Positions 40,846-52,900 of a stretch of 64,000 nt of DNA are shown here, in pieces. The notes under the pieces are model-generated. The model was not told the origin of the DNA. It saw only the letters and a list, made by a program, of their open reading frames with translations, and did no database searches. Position numbers and translations under genes: made by a program. Numbering within the stretch: position 1 is the stretch's first letter; every line of letters starts with the position of its first letter. The DNA is from Eutreptiella sp. 'Long Island Sound 2002' (lineage: Eukaryota; Protista; Euglenida). Location: assembly GCA_964036045.1 (NCBI GenBank), contig OZ038378.1, positions 196,664,001 through 196,728,000 on the forward strand, given 5' to 3'.

Positions 40846-42899
40846 CTACAAAACATATGCAAATTTTCATGTTCTGTCATCAACAAAAGTCTCGGATTTA
40901 ATCTTTGTCTGCACTCGCGCGCGACCTATATTCAGCGGGATGCACAGAGGCATACATAATAGTTCACTGCAACTCATTCATGTTACATATGTTTCAGCCA
41001 TATTTTGAATTGAAAATATGACCATCTAGCTGCACACATTTTGTTCAACTGAACATTCCATATTGGCCAATCTATCCACGTGGTAATTACACTTCTTAGG
41101 GTATGGGACTGTGTTTTGTATTGGGATGGGCATCATTGGCTTTGTCAAATATGATGATTTTTTGTATTGAGATGCACATCATTGGCTTTGTCTTTTGTGT
41201 TCATTGGAGTTAAAATGTTTCGAGAAAAACATGGTAATAACCTTTTTCTCTTGCACCTCCCTGGTGCACTAGTTGATCAAGCTCGTGTGTTCAACGAAAA
41301 AAGTATTGAAAATCTTTATGCATGTCTTCACTTACTTTACCCAAACATGCGTGGTCCACATCTTCCATTGGTAACAATTTTAGAGCATAATGCACTGTGT
41401 ATAGTGTGTTGGACACCAACACATCCCTCAAATGCAAACAAAATCATTGAACCCCTTGACCAAAATTTTAGGGTTTTGAAGTTTAGAACCAACTTCACTT
41501 GCTGCCGAATTTTTTTCTCAACTAAGTACTTAGGGTATGGTGGATCGCTCTTGTGTCATCAACCATTGCTGCTACTAAGCCCACTCAGCATACAAAAAAT
41601 GGTGGCACAACCTCTAATTCATAGGCAATGCGAGAAGTTTAAAAAAAGAAACAAAAGTCTATAAACTTTTGACTTTCAGGTGCTATGACTTTTGGCACAC
41701 TATTATATATTGTTGCAACCATGTCCTTTAGGAGAAAAAATGTTGTATGTTCATGAACATGGACAAAGCATTTGCCAAAGACAAAGAGTTGTTCATAGGA
41801 AGAAACCCGTCAAAAAGTTTTGCATAAAGCGTATTTTGTCCAACTACAAGCACAATTTTGAGAGCCATTGGTACCAAGTCGTGACAGAACCTGATATCTA
41901 CATCAAATGGCATCAATCGTTGGACGGATCGTGGCAAATTCAGTCAATACAGGCTGCTTCACAGTTGCCAAAGCTGAAAGCCATTGCATCTGACACATTC
42001 CGGTAATGTCAACTTCTTCCCGTAAAAAAATGTGTTGGGGTGCCCAATTGTGCGACCCCCATTGCAAGTACAATTTCTTTCATTCGCCGGACATATTTAC
42101 GCTAGGTGCATGAAGCATGGCACACGCTATGTCTCTTCAGAAGTAAAAAACTGCAGCCGAACACAATCACTACAAAGGGATGAGAGGTTGAATCCCACTG
42201 GCCCACTTTAACTTTTTCTTATGGTTGCATGGAAGACTGACGAGTTCACCTTTGTTGCCTAATTTTCGTACAAAAGAGTTGAAACCCGATGAATAAAAGT
42301 CATTCGGCTTTGGCTGCAACCACTTTAATTTTGACCTACAATCAGAAGCTTATGATGGCATCATCTTTTCAGTCCCCACCATGATGATCCAAAGGGAGGA
42401 TTTAGGTGAGTGGCATTTCAGAGATGATGCATCACACATCAATCATCTTTGGCCTTCTGCCCCTCATGGTGCTATGGGCTTGCATTTTGCAACGCCAATC
42501 TAAGAAAACAAACTTAACTGTGCATCAAAATCTGAAATTTAACCGATATGCCAAAGAATAATGATAGTCATAATGATACAAATGTACAATAATACAAAAT
42601 GTACTGTACTTTCCTACAATTGGCTTAAATGGACCAAAATCTGGCTCCGGCAGCAGACTTCTCCGGATAAAGCCTAAATTCGCATTTCTCCGGATAACAC
42701 TTGCGTAAAAGGTGCTGAAACGGTCCGTCGCGCGCTATCACACCATCCGGATCCGCTGATGTGGCAAACTTTCCCCCAATCTAGTTTCATCTAGTTCCGC
42801 CCCCTTGGCGTACCCCTGATCGTGCCTTGGCAGACCATTATCCGATAGTACCTCACCCTCACCTTATCTCATTTCCAGGTCACGAGCGAATCGAACACT

Positions 42900-45542
42900 A
42901 TGTCTGGTATGTCTGGTGCACTGTCGCGCATCTCCGCATCATTGCAAATCTCCTGGTTCGTGTGAACGTTGTTGGCGTAGAAGCGGTGCACCCAGTGGCC
43001 TGCTTCCAAGGCCCTCAGTGGTCCATCCGCCGCAGTTTGATGTGCTTTTGTTTCTGCAGCTTACCCACCTGCTGCTTACTCACCAGCAGCGGCAGCTCTG
43101 GATGCTGCCGACGGCCGAATGGACGGGAAGTACTTTGGTGCTCAGATTCTTGACACACCAGGTCTGCCTTTATCCACCCCTCTGTTTCCATATCGTGCTG
43201 TGCCATCATTTACCGTGGTTTCCCTGTTACAGGTGTCATCCAGGGTGCAACGTTCCCGCCCGTTCCACCTGTCATGCCTGGTGCGCCAACCGTGATGACG
43301 GGCTTTGGGTCGGGCGCCCTGCTCGATTCCATGGACGGCAAGATCGACGGCAAGTTTTTTGGTGCCAACATTGTGGAGAGCGGTTTGACCGGTGGCTTGG
43401 TCGGAAGCAGTTTTGTTGGAGGTGTGCCTGGCCTCCGTCTTCGACTGCAACTTTCTGCCGTGCCAGCGAACGAAATGCGTCGTGCTCGTTGACATGGTAC
43501 GCACAGCTTGCTCTGTTTCTCTCGGCGCAGGTATGAGCTATCCGTCCACGACTGTGACTGCAGCAGGACGTGCGCTTGACGCTGCTGACGGGAAAATTGA
43601 TGGCAAATTTTTCGGCGCACCCATCGTTGAGGGGACAGGTTTGTTCGGGCTGTGTTACCGACGACCTGCAAGCGCACGCACTATGGTCCGGGTAGATAGG
43701 GTAGATAGGGTAGTCAACTGCTTGGACTTGCACGCTTGCGCGTTTAGGTGTGTCGTACTTCGGTTCTATGGTCACAGCACCCACTGTTGGAGTGGCAGCG
43801 CCACAGTACCCCACTGTGACGTCTTCTGTGGCAACCATGGCAGCACCCACTCAAGTGGAACTTGTCCCTGTGCAAGAGCAAAAACTGGTTCCCGTGATGA
43901 CCACCACCATGGTTCCTATGATGAGGCCAGCACCACCAACGTACACCTTCATGCCTCCTCCTCCTCCTATGCCCATGCCAATGCTCCCTCCGCCAGCTCC
44001 CACTTTCACCTTCAAACCCATGCCCCTTCCTATGGCGCCACCCCCGCCACCTCCTCCTCCAATGGTGCTCCCTCCACCACCTCCGCCGGCACCCATGCCA
44101 GCACCACCACCACCACCACCAGCCCCGCCTGCCCCTGATGTGTCAAAGTACACTACGAAGATCTCTGAACTCGAAGCTCAGATCACCACCCTGAAGGGGC
44201 TCGAAGGTGAACTGGCGCGCCTGAAGGGGCTCGAGGGTGAACTGGCGCTTGCCAAGGAGTCCGAGGGAGGTCTGAAGGCTCAGATCGCTGAACTGCACCT
44301 GAAGATCGAAGTGATGATGCGTGAACAGGTACGTTCTCCTACTTTCGTGGCGCGCGGTGTTCACCTTCGAGACTGCCTCAATAAGGAACGTTCCACGTCT
44401 TGGCAGACAAGGTCAGTCGCGACACCTCTCGACAGGTCTCAGCGTCAGGGTGCGAGGAGAAGTTGGCTAACGCGATTCGTCAGATCCAGATGTTGGAGCA
44501 GCAGAAGGAGGAGGCTCACAAGCACATTGCTTTCTTGGAAATGCAGCTTAGAACCGCGGATGAGCGCATCGCCGGGGTCTGTTCCGCGACAAAGCTCCGT
44601 TGTGCAAGTTGTTGTGCTGTCTGTGTTGTGGCGACCGTATCTGCCTACCGCTTCAGATGGCGGGCCATATCAAGCAGTTGGAGGCTGAGATCGCCGAGTT
44701 GAAGATGCGTTTGACCAAGGCCGAGGCGACTGCGACACGACGTGCAAGTCTTACCCAAAGCCAAAGGGTGACCGAGACATACAAAGTCAAGACTTTCGAC
44801 TTGGCAGCCAAACTGGCCAAGGCGGATGGCAGCGACGACGGCTTGTACAATGGCCTTCCGATCGAGGTTCTGCTGTGCTCAAGTGTTGTCCTCGGTACCC
44901 TCGTGGTTTCGCAGTTTCTTCGCAAGCAGCTACTCGGACCGAAAAACAGGCTGCGTTGTTGAAGTTGATTTTTTCGTTTTAGGTTGACGGTAAGGGTTTG
45001 TACCGAGACTTGGTCAAGGCCGGCTGGACAGTTTCCACTCACGGTGCCGCCGCCGCCTCCGGTGGTTCGCACACAACCAAGCAGGAGACCTACATGGTGG
45101 ATACCTTTGAAATGGCGGAGAAACTCGCGAAAATGGATGGTACCGACGACGGCATGTACAACGATTTGCCTATTGAGGTCTGTCCTGCAGGGGTGAACCT
45201 CAACTTACTGGGAAAACTATTCAGAACCAAAAATTTCCGGGAACGCTGTCTCGACGCGTCTTTCGGTTCCCCAGCTTTGCCACAGTGACTGGTGTTTCCC
45301 AACAGGTCAAGGGCGAAGGCCTGTACAGGGACCTTGTCCGTGCTGGCCGGAAATCCTCCGTGAAGCCTGCGTCAGTGACTTCTACTTCGTCAAGCAGCGG
45401 CACTTACAAGGTGTCGAGCATGGAAATGGCTGCCAAGATTTCGGCCATGGGTGGCGCAGACGACGGCACCTACAAGGGCCTGCCCATCGAGGTGACGGGC
45501 ATGGGACTCTACAACGATCTGCGCAAGAAGTATGCAGCGTGA
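42900..45542 (+). CDS. Uncharacterised repeat protein (589 aa): 3 N-terminal LDxxDG repeats, poly-Pro, coiled coil, 3 C-terminal DGxDDG repeats; exons 42900-42906, 43060-43161, 43233-43421, 43531-43638, 43748-44328, 44436-44576, 44657-44866, 44983-45177, 45306-45542
   Basis: Eight GT-AG introns give a stop-free 1770-nt frame. Repeats: ALDAADGRMDGKYFGAQI, LLDSMDGKIDGKFFGANI, ALDAADGKIDGKFFGAPI, LAKADGSDDGLYNGLPIEV, LAKMDGTDDGMYNDLPIEV, ISAMGGADDGTYKGLPIEV. The exon 6 acceptor is the least certain. Confidence 0.88.
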
Positions 45543-46019
45543 ACAGCTGAGCTTTAAACTAGCGTGTTTTTCCGCGTTTCGGCGTTCTATTACTCGTCCG
45601 CTTTACCTTTGTTTGTTTCCCTCTCTCACCCAGATAAGTGGAGAAGAAAGGCCGTGACGATGAAGCGCGATTTTTGTGTTATACGAAGGCCCTGTGGGCT
45701 GCAAAGAGCACTGACCACTCCACGTTACGTTACCGTAGCCTATTGGCAAGATTTTCTTCATTCGCTGCTGCTGGTGTTGGGTTATAGGCGGGTGCAGTCG
45801 TAGTGATGTTGTTACACCTGCAGCGAATCAAACGGAGATGAAGCCAGGCGCGAGCCAATGTTTCCTTACTCTTTCTGTTTTCCTTCAGTTCATCTCAATC
45901 TGTTGACGGCTTGCCCACCCAGTGGCATCCCACACTACTAGAAAGGATAGAGCCCTTGTAAAATCACATTTGGGTATCTAGAGGTCCAAAATTTTTGACC
46001 CCTACCTATTTCAAGCTAA

Positions 46020-48480
46020 ATCACCTCGCAGAGGTTGTTAGATCAATATATGTGTATGTATACAAGGGGAAAACGCCACCTCCCCCGCATTTTGGGCCTT
46101 TTTGGGCCTATTCACGTACCCTACCCCAAGGGGTTGAATTGTTAGTTTAACCCTTTATGAAATCATTATATTGTCCAATAAGCGCCTCCCCCCAATCAAT
46201 TTTTGGGCCAGACCCCCTCCTGACATCATGTTCTGTTGTCAGACAGGATGTTCTGTTCTGTTCTCAGACACAGTGTGTGTTTTGAGGGTTAGCCAGTTTT
46301 GGCACAGAGAGTAAACCCCCCCACCAAGGTGACGTGCCAACCTGTCCCCCCCATTTTCTGGGCCCGTTTTTTTAATATTGGACAAAACTATGATTTTACA
46401 ACGGGTTCAACTAACAAACCCCTTGGGGTAGGGTGAGTGAATAGGCCCAAGAATTGTGGGTATGTGATGTTTTCCCGTGTGTTTTTGAGCTACCCAATAA
46501 GCGGGTTGTGCACCGGCCCATTATTGGTGAAAACAGTCATTTTGCATCTTTGGCAGGGGGTTTTGACCAGCCATACACAGGGCTACAGACTGCAAAAAAA
46601 ATTGTCATTTCTTACCCTACTACACATTTCCCGTCACACCCCTCAGAGCGGGTACCACAGGGTCGCCAAAACCGCCAACATAGCAAAAATGGCCCCATCA
46701 TTCGCCTCAAACAACCCCATGGAGCCAGGACTTGGAAACACTTTATTGGCTCAAAATTGAAAAAAATCAAAAGATTCGTGTTTTTCAACCCCAATAAATG
46801 GCAGGATCAGTCTTCAACCCCCCCCCCCCCCCCCCAACTCCTTCAAAATCTCCAAAAAGTGGGTTAAACTCATCCCCGAATCAGCTGTTGGGTCCAAACC
46901 CCCCCCCCCCCACTAAAAAACTCTTTTTTTTGAGGTTTTGAATGAGGTCGGGGGTGGGGGGTCAAAAAGCGACGGCCTCAGTGTACTGTTGCCACACTGT
47001 GTAGAATTCGTCACTGCATGACCATAGCTCACAACTATGGACATGATACACTGACGTGCTTTCGTTTGTGCTGTCACACGCTGACGTGCTCCCTGTTGCC
47101 TTCACCTCACCGTGCAGCAACAACCCCAAGGGGTCAAAAAAATGACCCTTTTGGGGGGTTCGAGAATCAAGAGTCTTTTGTTTTTTTCGATTATGAGCTG
47201 AAAAAGTGTTTCCGGGTCCCGACTCCATGGGGCTTGTATGGGGTATAATGGGACGAATGCATGTGCAGTTCATGTATCTTTTAGTTGGTGGTTTTGGCGA
47301 CGGTACCCATTCTCAATGGTGCGAGTGGGGATGTTGTGACAGTGTATGCGTACTAGGATACAAAAGGAGATTTTTTGCAGTCTGTAGCTTTGCTGACGGG
47401 CGGTCAATGCCGGTGCCAAAGACGTGAAATGATTATTCACCGATAATGGCTTAGTGAATGGGCCGGTACACAACCTGCTTACTTTTTGGACATCGTGATC
47501 ACTTAAAATGACCGTCCAAGGTTTCCAAAAGCATGTTTTAGGCCGTATTTATGTGTTTTTTGCCCTATTTGGGTATTAGGTACGGGGGGCGGGGGGGGCA
47601 CTAAGGCATGGGTACAACCTGCTTACATGCAAGTTGGCGGCTTGGCAGCTGTAAAATTCAAGTTTTCCAAATTTGTTTTTATGATACCGTGATCACGTAG
47701 AATGACCATCCAAGGTATGTAAAGCATGTTTTAGGCCGTATTTACGTGTCTTTCGCCCTATTAGGGTGTTACGTCCGGGGGGGGGGGGGGTGCTCCCAAG
47801 GGATTAGTACACAACCTGCTTATGGAGTTTTTCACCCTGGGCAGCTCAATAATTAAAGTTTTTGAAATCACTTCGCAGAGGTTGTTAGATCAAAGCCGCG
47901 CGGGTGTATATAGCGGAAAACGCCACATATGTCCCCATTTTGGGCCTTTTTGGGCCCATTCGGGTACCCTACCCCAAGGGGTTGAATTGTTAGCTTAGCG
48001 TTTTGTGAAATCATTATTTTGTCGAATAAACGCATCCTCCAATGAGTCACTGGTCCGGACCCCCCCTAGCCCCCCCCCCTCCCTGACTTTTTTTTGGATC
48101 GAAAAACATGAATCTTTTGGTTTCTTTTTGATCTTCAGCCGAAAAAAGTGTTTCCGGATCCCGACTCCATGGGGTTTGTATGGGGCGGAGTGGGACTAGA
48201 GCTGATGCAATTTATGCATTTTGCAGCCATTTTTGCCAAGTTGACGGTTTTGGCGACCTCGGTGACCCCGTGGTACCCACTCTGAGGGGCGTGAGTGGGG
48301 ATGTTGTGACAGCATATGCCTATTAGGATATGGAAGGACTTTTTTTGCAGTTTGTAGCCTTGCCAAGGGCAGGTCACAACCCGTGCCAAAGATGCGAAAC
48401 GGCCGTCTCCACCAATAATGGCTGAATGAACGGGCCGGTTGACAAACTGCGTATGCAACTTTTCACCCTAGGCAGCCCGA
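46020..48480. repeat. Cluster of diverged non-coding interspersed repeats (probably non-autonomous DNA-transposon relics)
   Basis: ~200-bp direct repeats at 46021-46215 and 47868-48065. A ~330-bp unit at 46480-46800 is inverted relative to 47150-47485 and 48095-48480. A ~140-bp tandem pair lies at 47490-47630 and 47685-47825. Confidence 0.7.
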
Positions 48481-48739
48481 AAAGCGCAGTTTCCGACTCT
48501 TTTTTTTTTTTCTTGATACTGTGATAAAAGGAGAAAAAATAAAAAAGAAAAAGTTGCCGGACATACGGGAAACACAAAATAGGGACAACAGCCCAAGAAA
48601 TATACCCTCCGAACAAAATAGTAAGCTACTAATCACCATACCCTTTGGCCTGAAGACATGCAAAAATGAGGGTAATTAGGTAAAAAACCCCAATATTCCA
48701 TTTTTCCGCCTTCAAAGACTGCAATAATTGACAAGGATT

Positions 48740-50709
48740 TTTTTTTGAATGTTCTTAACCGCATCAACTTGTTCTGGGGTTGATGTCCCCCAAAGGAAGA
48801 CCTCATGAGAGTATGTACACTACATAGAGCATAGAATACATCACGGAGGCGGCTCGCCTAGGAAAGGGAAAGTGTTGGCTCTGATGGTGTGGTTAGACGA
48901 ATGCTGAGTTACCCTAGAGGGGGGGGGGGGGGGGCTCGGGAAGGGGCAGAGGGCTAAAGGGGTCAAGTGGAGGGGACAGAAAGTCACTGGATGGGCGGAA
49001 AAAATTTCCGATGTCCCGGGAGGCGCTATAACGGGGTGGGGCAGATGGTGCGATGCACCTAGTAGTGGTGGGCTTAGAGGTGAGGGGTAAGCGTGTTTGA
49101 CGGTAGCGTGCCCTGGAGTGTGGTGGTGAGAGAGGGCTGGTGGCCTTTGTGCGTTTGGGAGGCGCCCAAGTGATGGTGGTCTGATTGCGCTGTGGCGACC
49201 GCAGGCGTTTTTGTGGTTGCCGTGGGCGTGAGTGTCGAGTAGGATGCGGAATTGCTGAGGAAGGAGGGGCCCGAGGAGGTGCCGATGTGTGCCTGGATGG
49301 ACATTTGGAGTTTCTAGGCGTGCGACGGATGGCTGGTTGTGGTTTGACCGGTCCTGGCTTGGACGGTTTCTTCAAGGCGTGTTTGGGGAGAGGTTGGGGG
49401 TGTTGGTATGTGGGGCGGGTCCGAGGGGGCATCTGGACTGAGGTACTGAATGCACCGTGTGAAACCGAGAAAGGATTGAGAGGGTCGGGAGGGTGCGCCC
49501 ACAGTATAAGATCCCACGGAAGGGGATTGGAACAAAGCCAGTCATGTGCTTGATGGACAGCCCCTTCCATGCGCTTCACTCGCTCCGCGAGGGCTTGGCC
49601 AAGTGTGGCCTTGTGCTCAGCATGAGTGGAGCCACGAATGGGCTGAGATAGGCAGGACCAGAGGGACTTTGGTACCAGGGTTCTCATGAAGTTCCTGCGC
49701 TCAGCCTTTGAGGGCCCAGAGAGCCACCACTGCAGGACTTTGGGGCTGAAAAGCGGGCTTCAGGAAGAGATGTATGCCTGGACTTGTTGGTCTAGTGCTG
49801 TGCAGAATGCTAGGCAGGACACAGGGTCGAAAGGATGATGCTGTCTGCACCTGGGGCAATGGTAGTCTTGAACCATGTTGCTCCATTGATAGCCGTGCAC
49901 ATTGTAGCACCCGGCCGCCAGTTTGAAAAACAGCGATGAAAACCAGGAAGCCTTATTGTAAAGGCTGAAGCTAGGGCCAACTGCTATGTTGGTATGGGAA
50001 TACTGCGGCAGTAGGTGGCGAAATTGCTGCGTTTTAAATTTATGAAGGACAGGCAAGTGGTGTACCGCCACTGAACCCAAGGGGGGGGGTGGGAGGAGGT
50101 CGGGAGTGAAAATCAAACTGTGAGCTGCCCATTTTGAGAAATGGTCGCTGATTTCGTTGCCAATAAAATTGGCATGCCCTTTAATCTACAGAACTTGGAG
50201 TGGGTTGATGATGAGACGTAGGGCGCTGTGCACTGCGACGGTCCAGGTGTCGTCTTTGAACGGGTTGGGCTCAGAGTCCTGGCATTTCTGGAGGGTGGAC
50301 ACCACCTGATCGTTGTCGATCAAGAGAGACACTTCATGCTGGGAGAACTCCCTGTGAATCCAGCGAATGGCTGCAATCACCTTCCAGAACTCCGAACCCA
50401 GGGAAGAAGGATGTGGTGAGGACATGCATAGAACTCTGGTTGTGCCGTCTGGTAGGAAGGCCGTGATGGCGGCCGCATGCCCGGATTCACCGGATGATCC
50501 ATCAGCATAAAGCCACACACGTTGCAAGCCGGGTGCCGGCGGTCTGGTTAGTGCTTGTGAGGCATCGTGGCAGCCCCATTCGATGAGAGATTTCTCTTCT
50601 AGGTAGTGCTGTACCTGCAGAGCAAAGAGATGGCCGTGTTGACTGACCCCTAATGCATGTGCGTTGTGCGGTGGTGTTGGGGGTTCGGGGATGGTCGCTT
50701 GAGGGCGCT
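48740..50709 (-). mobile_element. 5'-truncated LINE (RNase H plus C-terminal zinc finger) with poly(A) tail and 17-bp TSD
   Basis: RVWLYADGSSGESG...LGSEF...LIDN...VL*IKGHANFIGNEISD (RNase H) and HCPRCRQHHPFDPVSCLAFC. T-run at 48738-48746. aataattgacaaggatt occurs at 48723-48739 and 50710-50726. Confidence 0.87.
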
Positions 50710-51499
50710 AATAATTGACAAGGATTACGTTGCACAAAGTGGCCGCCATCTCCGAAAAAGAAACTGTACCAATTTCGGCCGCCTAAGTGTCTCTTTTGGT
50801 TGTCCTTCATGCCTGGTCTCTTAGTTTGTTGGGTCTTCATTCTTTCTTTGATTAGCCATCATTCCGTTTAATTGAAAGAAACGCAAAAACATGCCGTTGG
50901 AAACATAATCAATGTGATGATTCACAAATCTCAGGCTGAAGCAAGTTGAAAAAAAGAGCATTGCAAACAACCAAAACTATCAAATAAAATGTAAAATATC
51001 TGAAAAGGTAGCGGCTTTTGCAATAATTTTGATACTTCTCCACGAAAATGCAAATGCGTGTTTCAACATCGCGCACATAGCTTTGAAGATCTTAACAGGA
51101 CTAAAAGCTATCCACTCCATGTACACGGTCGCACACACACAACAATCCCCATAAGTTGCACACCACTTGTTTGTAACGGTTCAAAGTGCGGCCAACATCG
51201 AAAACACCACGTATGGAGACGGCAACTAGAACCTACATGCATGGTCAACGATTGTGGTGACACAAATGAAACGATCCAATTTCAGGCAAAAAAGGTGTTT
51301 GAAAAATCATACAATTTTCTCCTGCAACAGGCACACAAAAACAAACGTGAAACAAAACACCTCGTGTGCAATCACATGAGGTTGCGTGACCTTCTATCAC
51401 CTTTCGTACGGCCATGTCTGCAATATGTCCGGAATGACCACAAAAATACACTACGAGTAGACATGGGTGTGCCTGTAGGGGAGGAGGGCAGTAAATGTT

Positions 51500-52900
51500 C
51501 TCAAGATGCACCCACTGTGCTTAAGAGCCTCCTTGGGTTCACCCACCCACCCACTCCCGGCCACGGCAGGAAAGACTCGCAGGGTAGGAACCTGTGAGAC
51601 GGGCGTCCCAGCGAAGGGAAGGGCAGAAAGAAAAAGCACAAGCCGGACAGACAAGGCGGAAGAGGGGAGCAGCCGAGAAGACAGAGAAGACCACGAAGAT
51701 GGAAAGCACACCATCCAACGAGAAGAGACAGAGGGCCAGGGGGACTAACGCCAGGGAAAGAAAACGAGGGCCGAAAAGACGGACGTCCCTAGGCCCAAGT
51801 ATGAAAAAACCGAAAACGCGTTTGGGACGGACGTCCCGGCGCAAGGGTGGACAGCCCAGGGCAAAAGAGCAAACGGTGAGAAAGGAACAAAAGCAACAAA
51901 AGAAAGCATGTGGGATGGACATCCCAACACAAAAGGACAGGGGGATGGACGCCCGACTCCATGGCACAGAGGGGAGGACGGGTGCAAAGGTGTGGGACAG
52001 ACGTCCCAGCAAAGGAGAGGCGGGATGAGGCGAGTAGGGGCAGAAGGATGAAACATAAATAGAGAAGAGCCCCACGGGGCTAGAAGCGCAACCGAAACAC
52101 CGCCATGAATGCTGCAGAGCAAACTCCAGAAAACGGTGCCCGTGGCTAACTCAGAAACACCCCAGCCGCATACCCCAAAACGGGTAACCCTGCCCCTGGT
52201 GCCCGTGAAGGTGCGGGGGGAGGAGGGAGGCAGCTGATGACAAAAAGACGCCCACACCGTGGCACCGGTGAAGGGGCGCGGAAAGGATGGCCACAAACGA
52301 AAGCCGACACGAGCGCCGACACTGCAACACCACATACCTCTGGGAGCAATTGCCGGGAGTAAGTGCCCGAGGCTAACCTCGTAACACTCATGCCTAGGAC
52401 CCAGAGTCGGGTAGCTCTGCCCCTGGGGCCCGTGAGGGTGCCGGGAGAAGACGATGGCAGCCGATGGCCTATGGGCCCATGGACTGAGACGCCCGTGAAT
52501 GGGAATCGGGATGTGGGTGCCGAGCCTGGTACGGGTGGTCGCGGGTGGACGATACCCACCTGCGAAAACCGAGTGGGTACTCTACCCGTGAAGGTGGGGA
52601 GTGGGCCCTGTGGCGGTGGGACTGTCTTGCCGGTGCACCGACACAGGGCTCCGCCTGCAGGGAACCTATCAGACCGCACGGCCAGGTGATGGGGGGGTGG
52701 ACTAGGCGTCGGTCAGACCCCAGGAGAACCCAGGTGGTCGCCTGTGAGGGGGACAGTTGCCCGCGACGGGGGCCTTTCACCTGGGGAAACCTATGGCGGA
52801 GCTGGAACCCCCCACCGTCGAGTAGCCGCCAAACAAAAAAGGTGACGTCATGAGGCCACATACCCGTGGCCGACAAGAAGTCAAGTCAAGTCAAGTCAAG
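51500..52900 (+). mobile_element. Probable 3' remnant (W) of another non-LTR element ending in a (TCAAG)4 tail
   Basis: Internal degenerate repeats (gggac.gacgtccc.gc about x4; gggta...ctgcccctgg.gcccgtga.ggtgc x2) and a pentamer tail at 52881-52900. No TSD or coding domain found; left boundary approximate. Confidence 0.45.

Noticed and set aside
41167-42006. AT-rich plus-strand ORFs (165 and 104 aa) as genes
   Set aside because: No recognisable motifs, splice signals or codon bias like the neighbouring host genes. They may be an old relic but cannot be supported.
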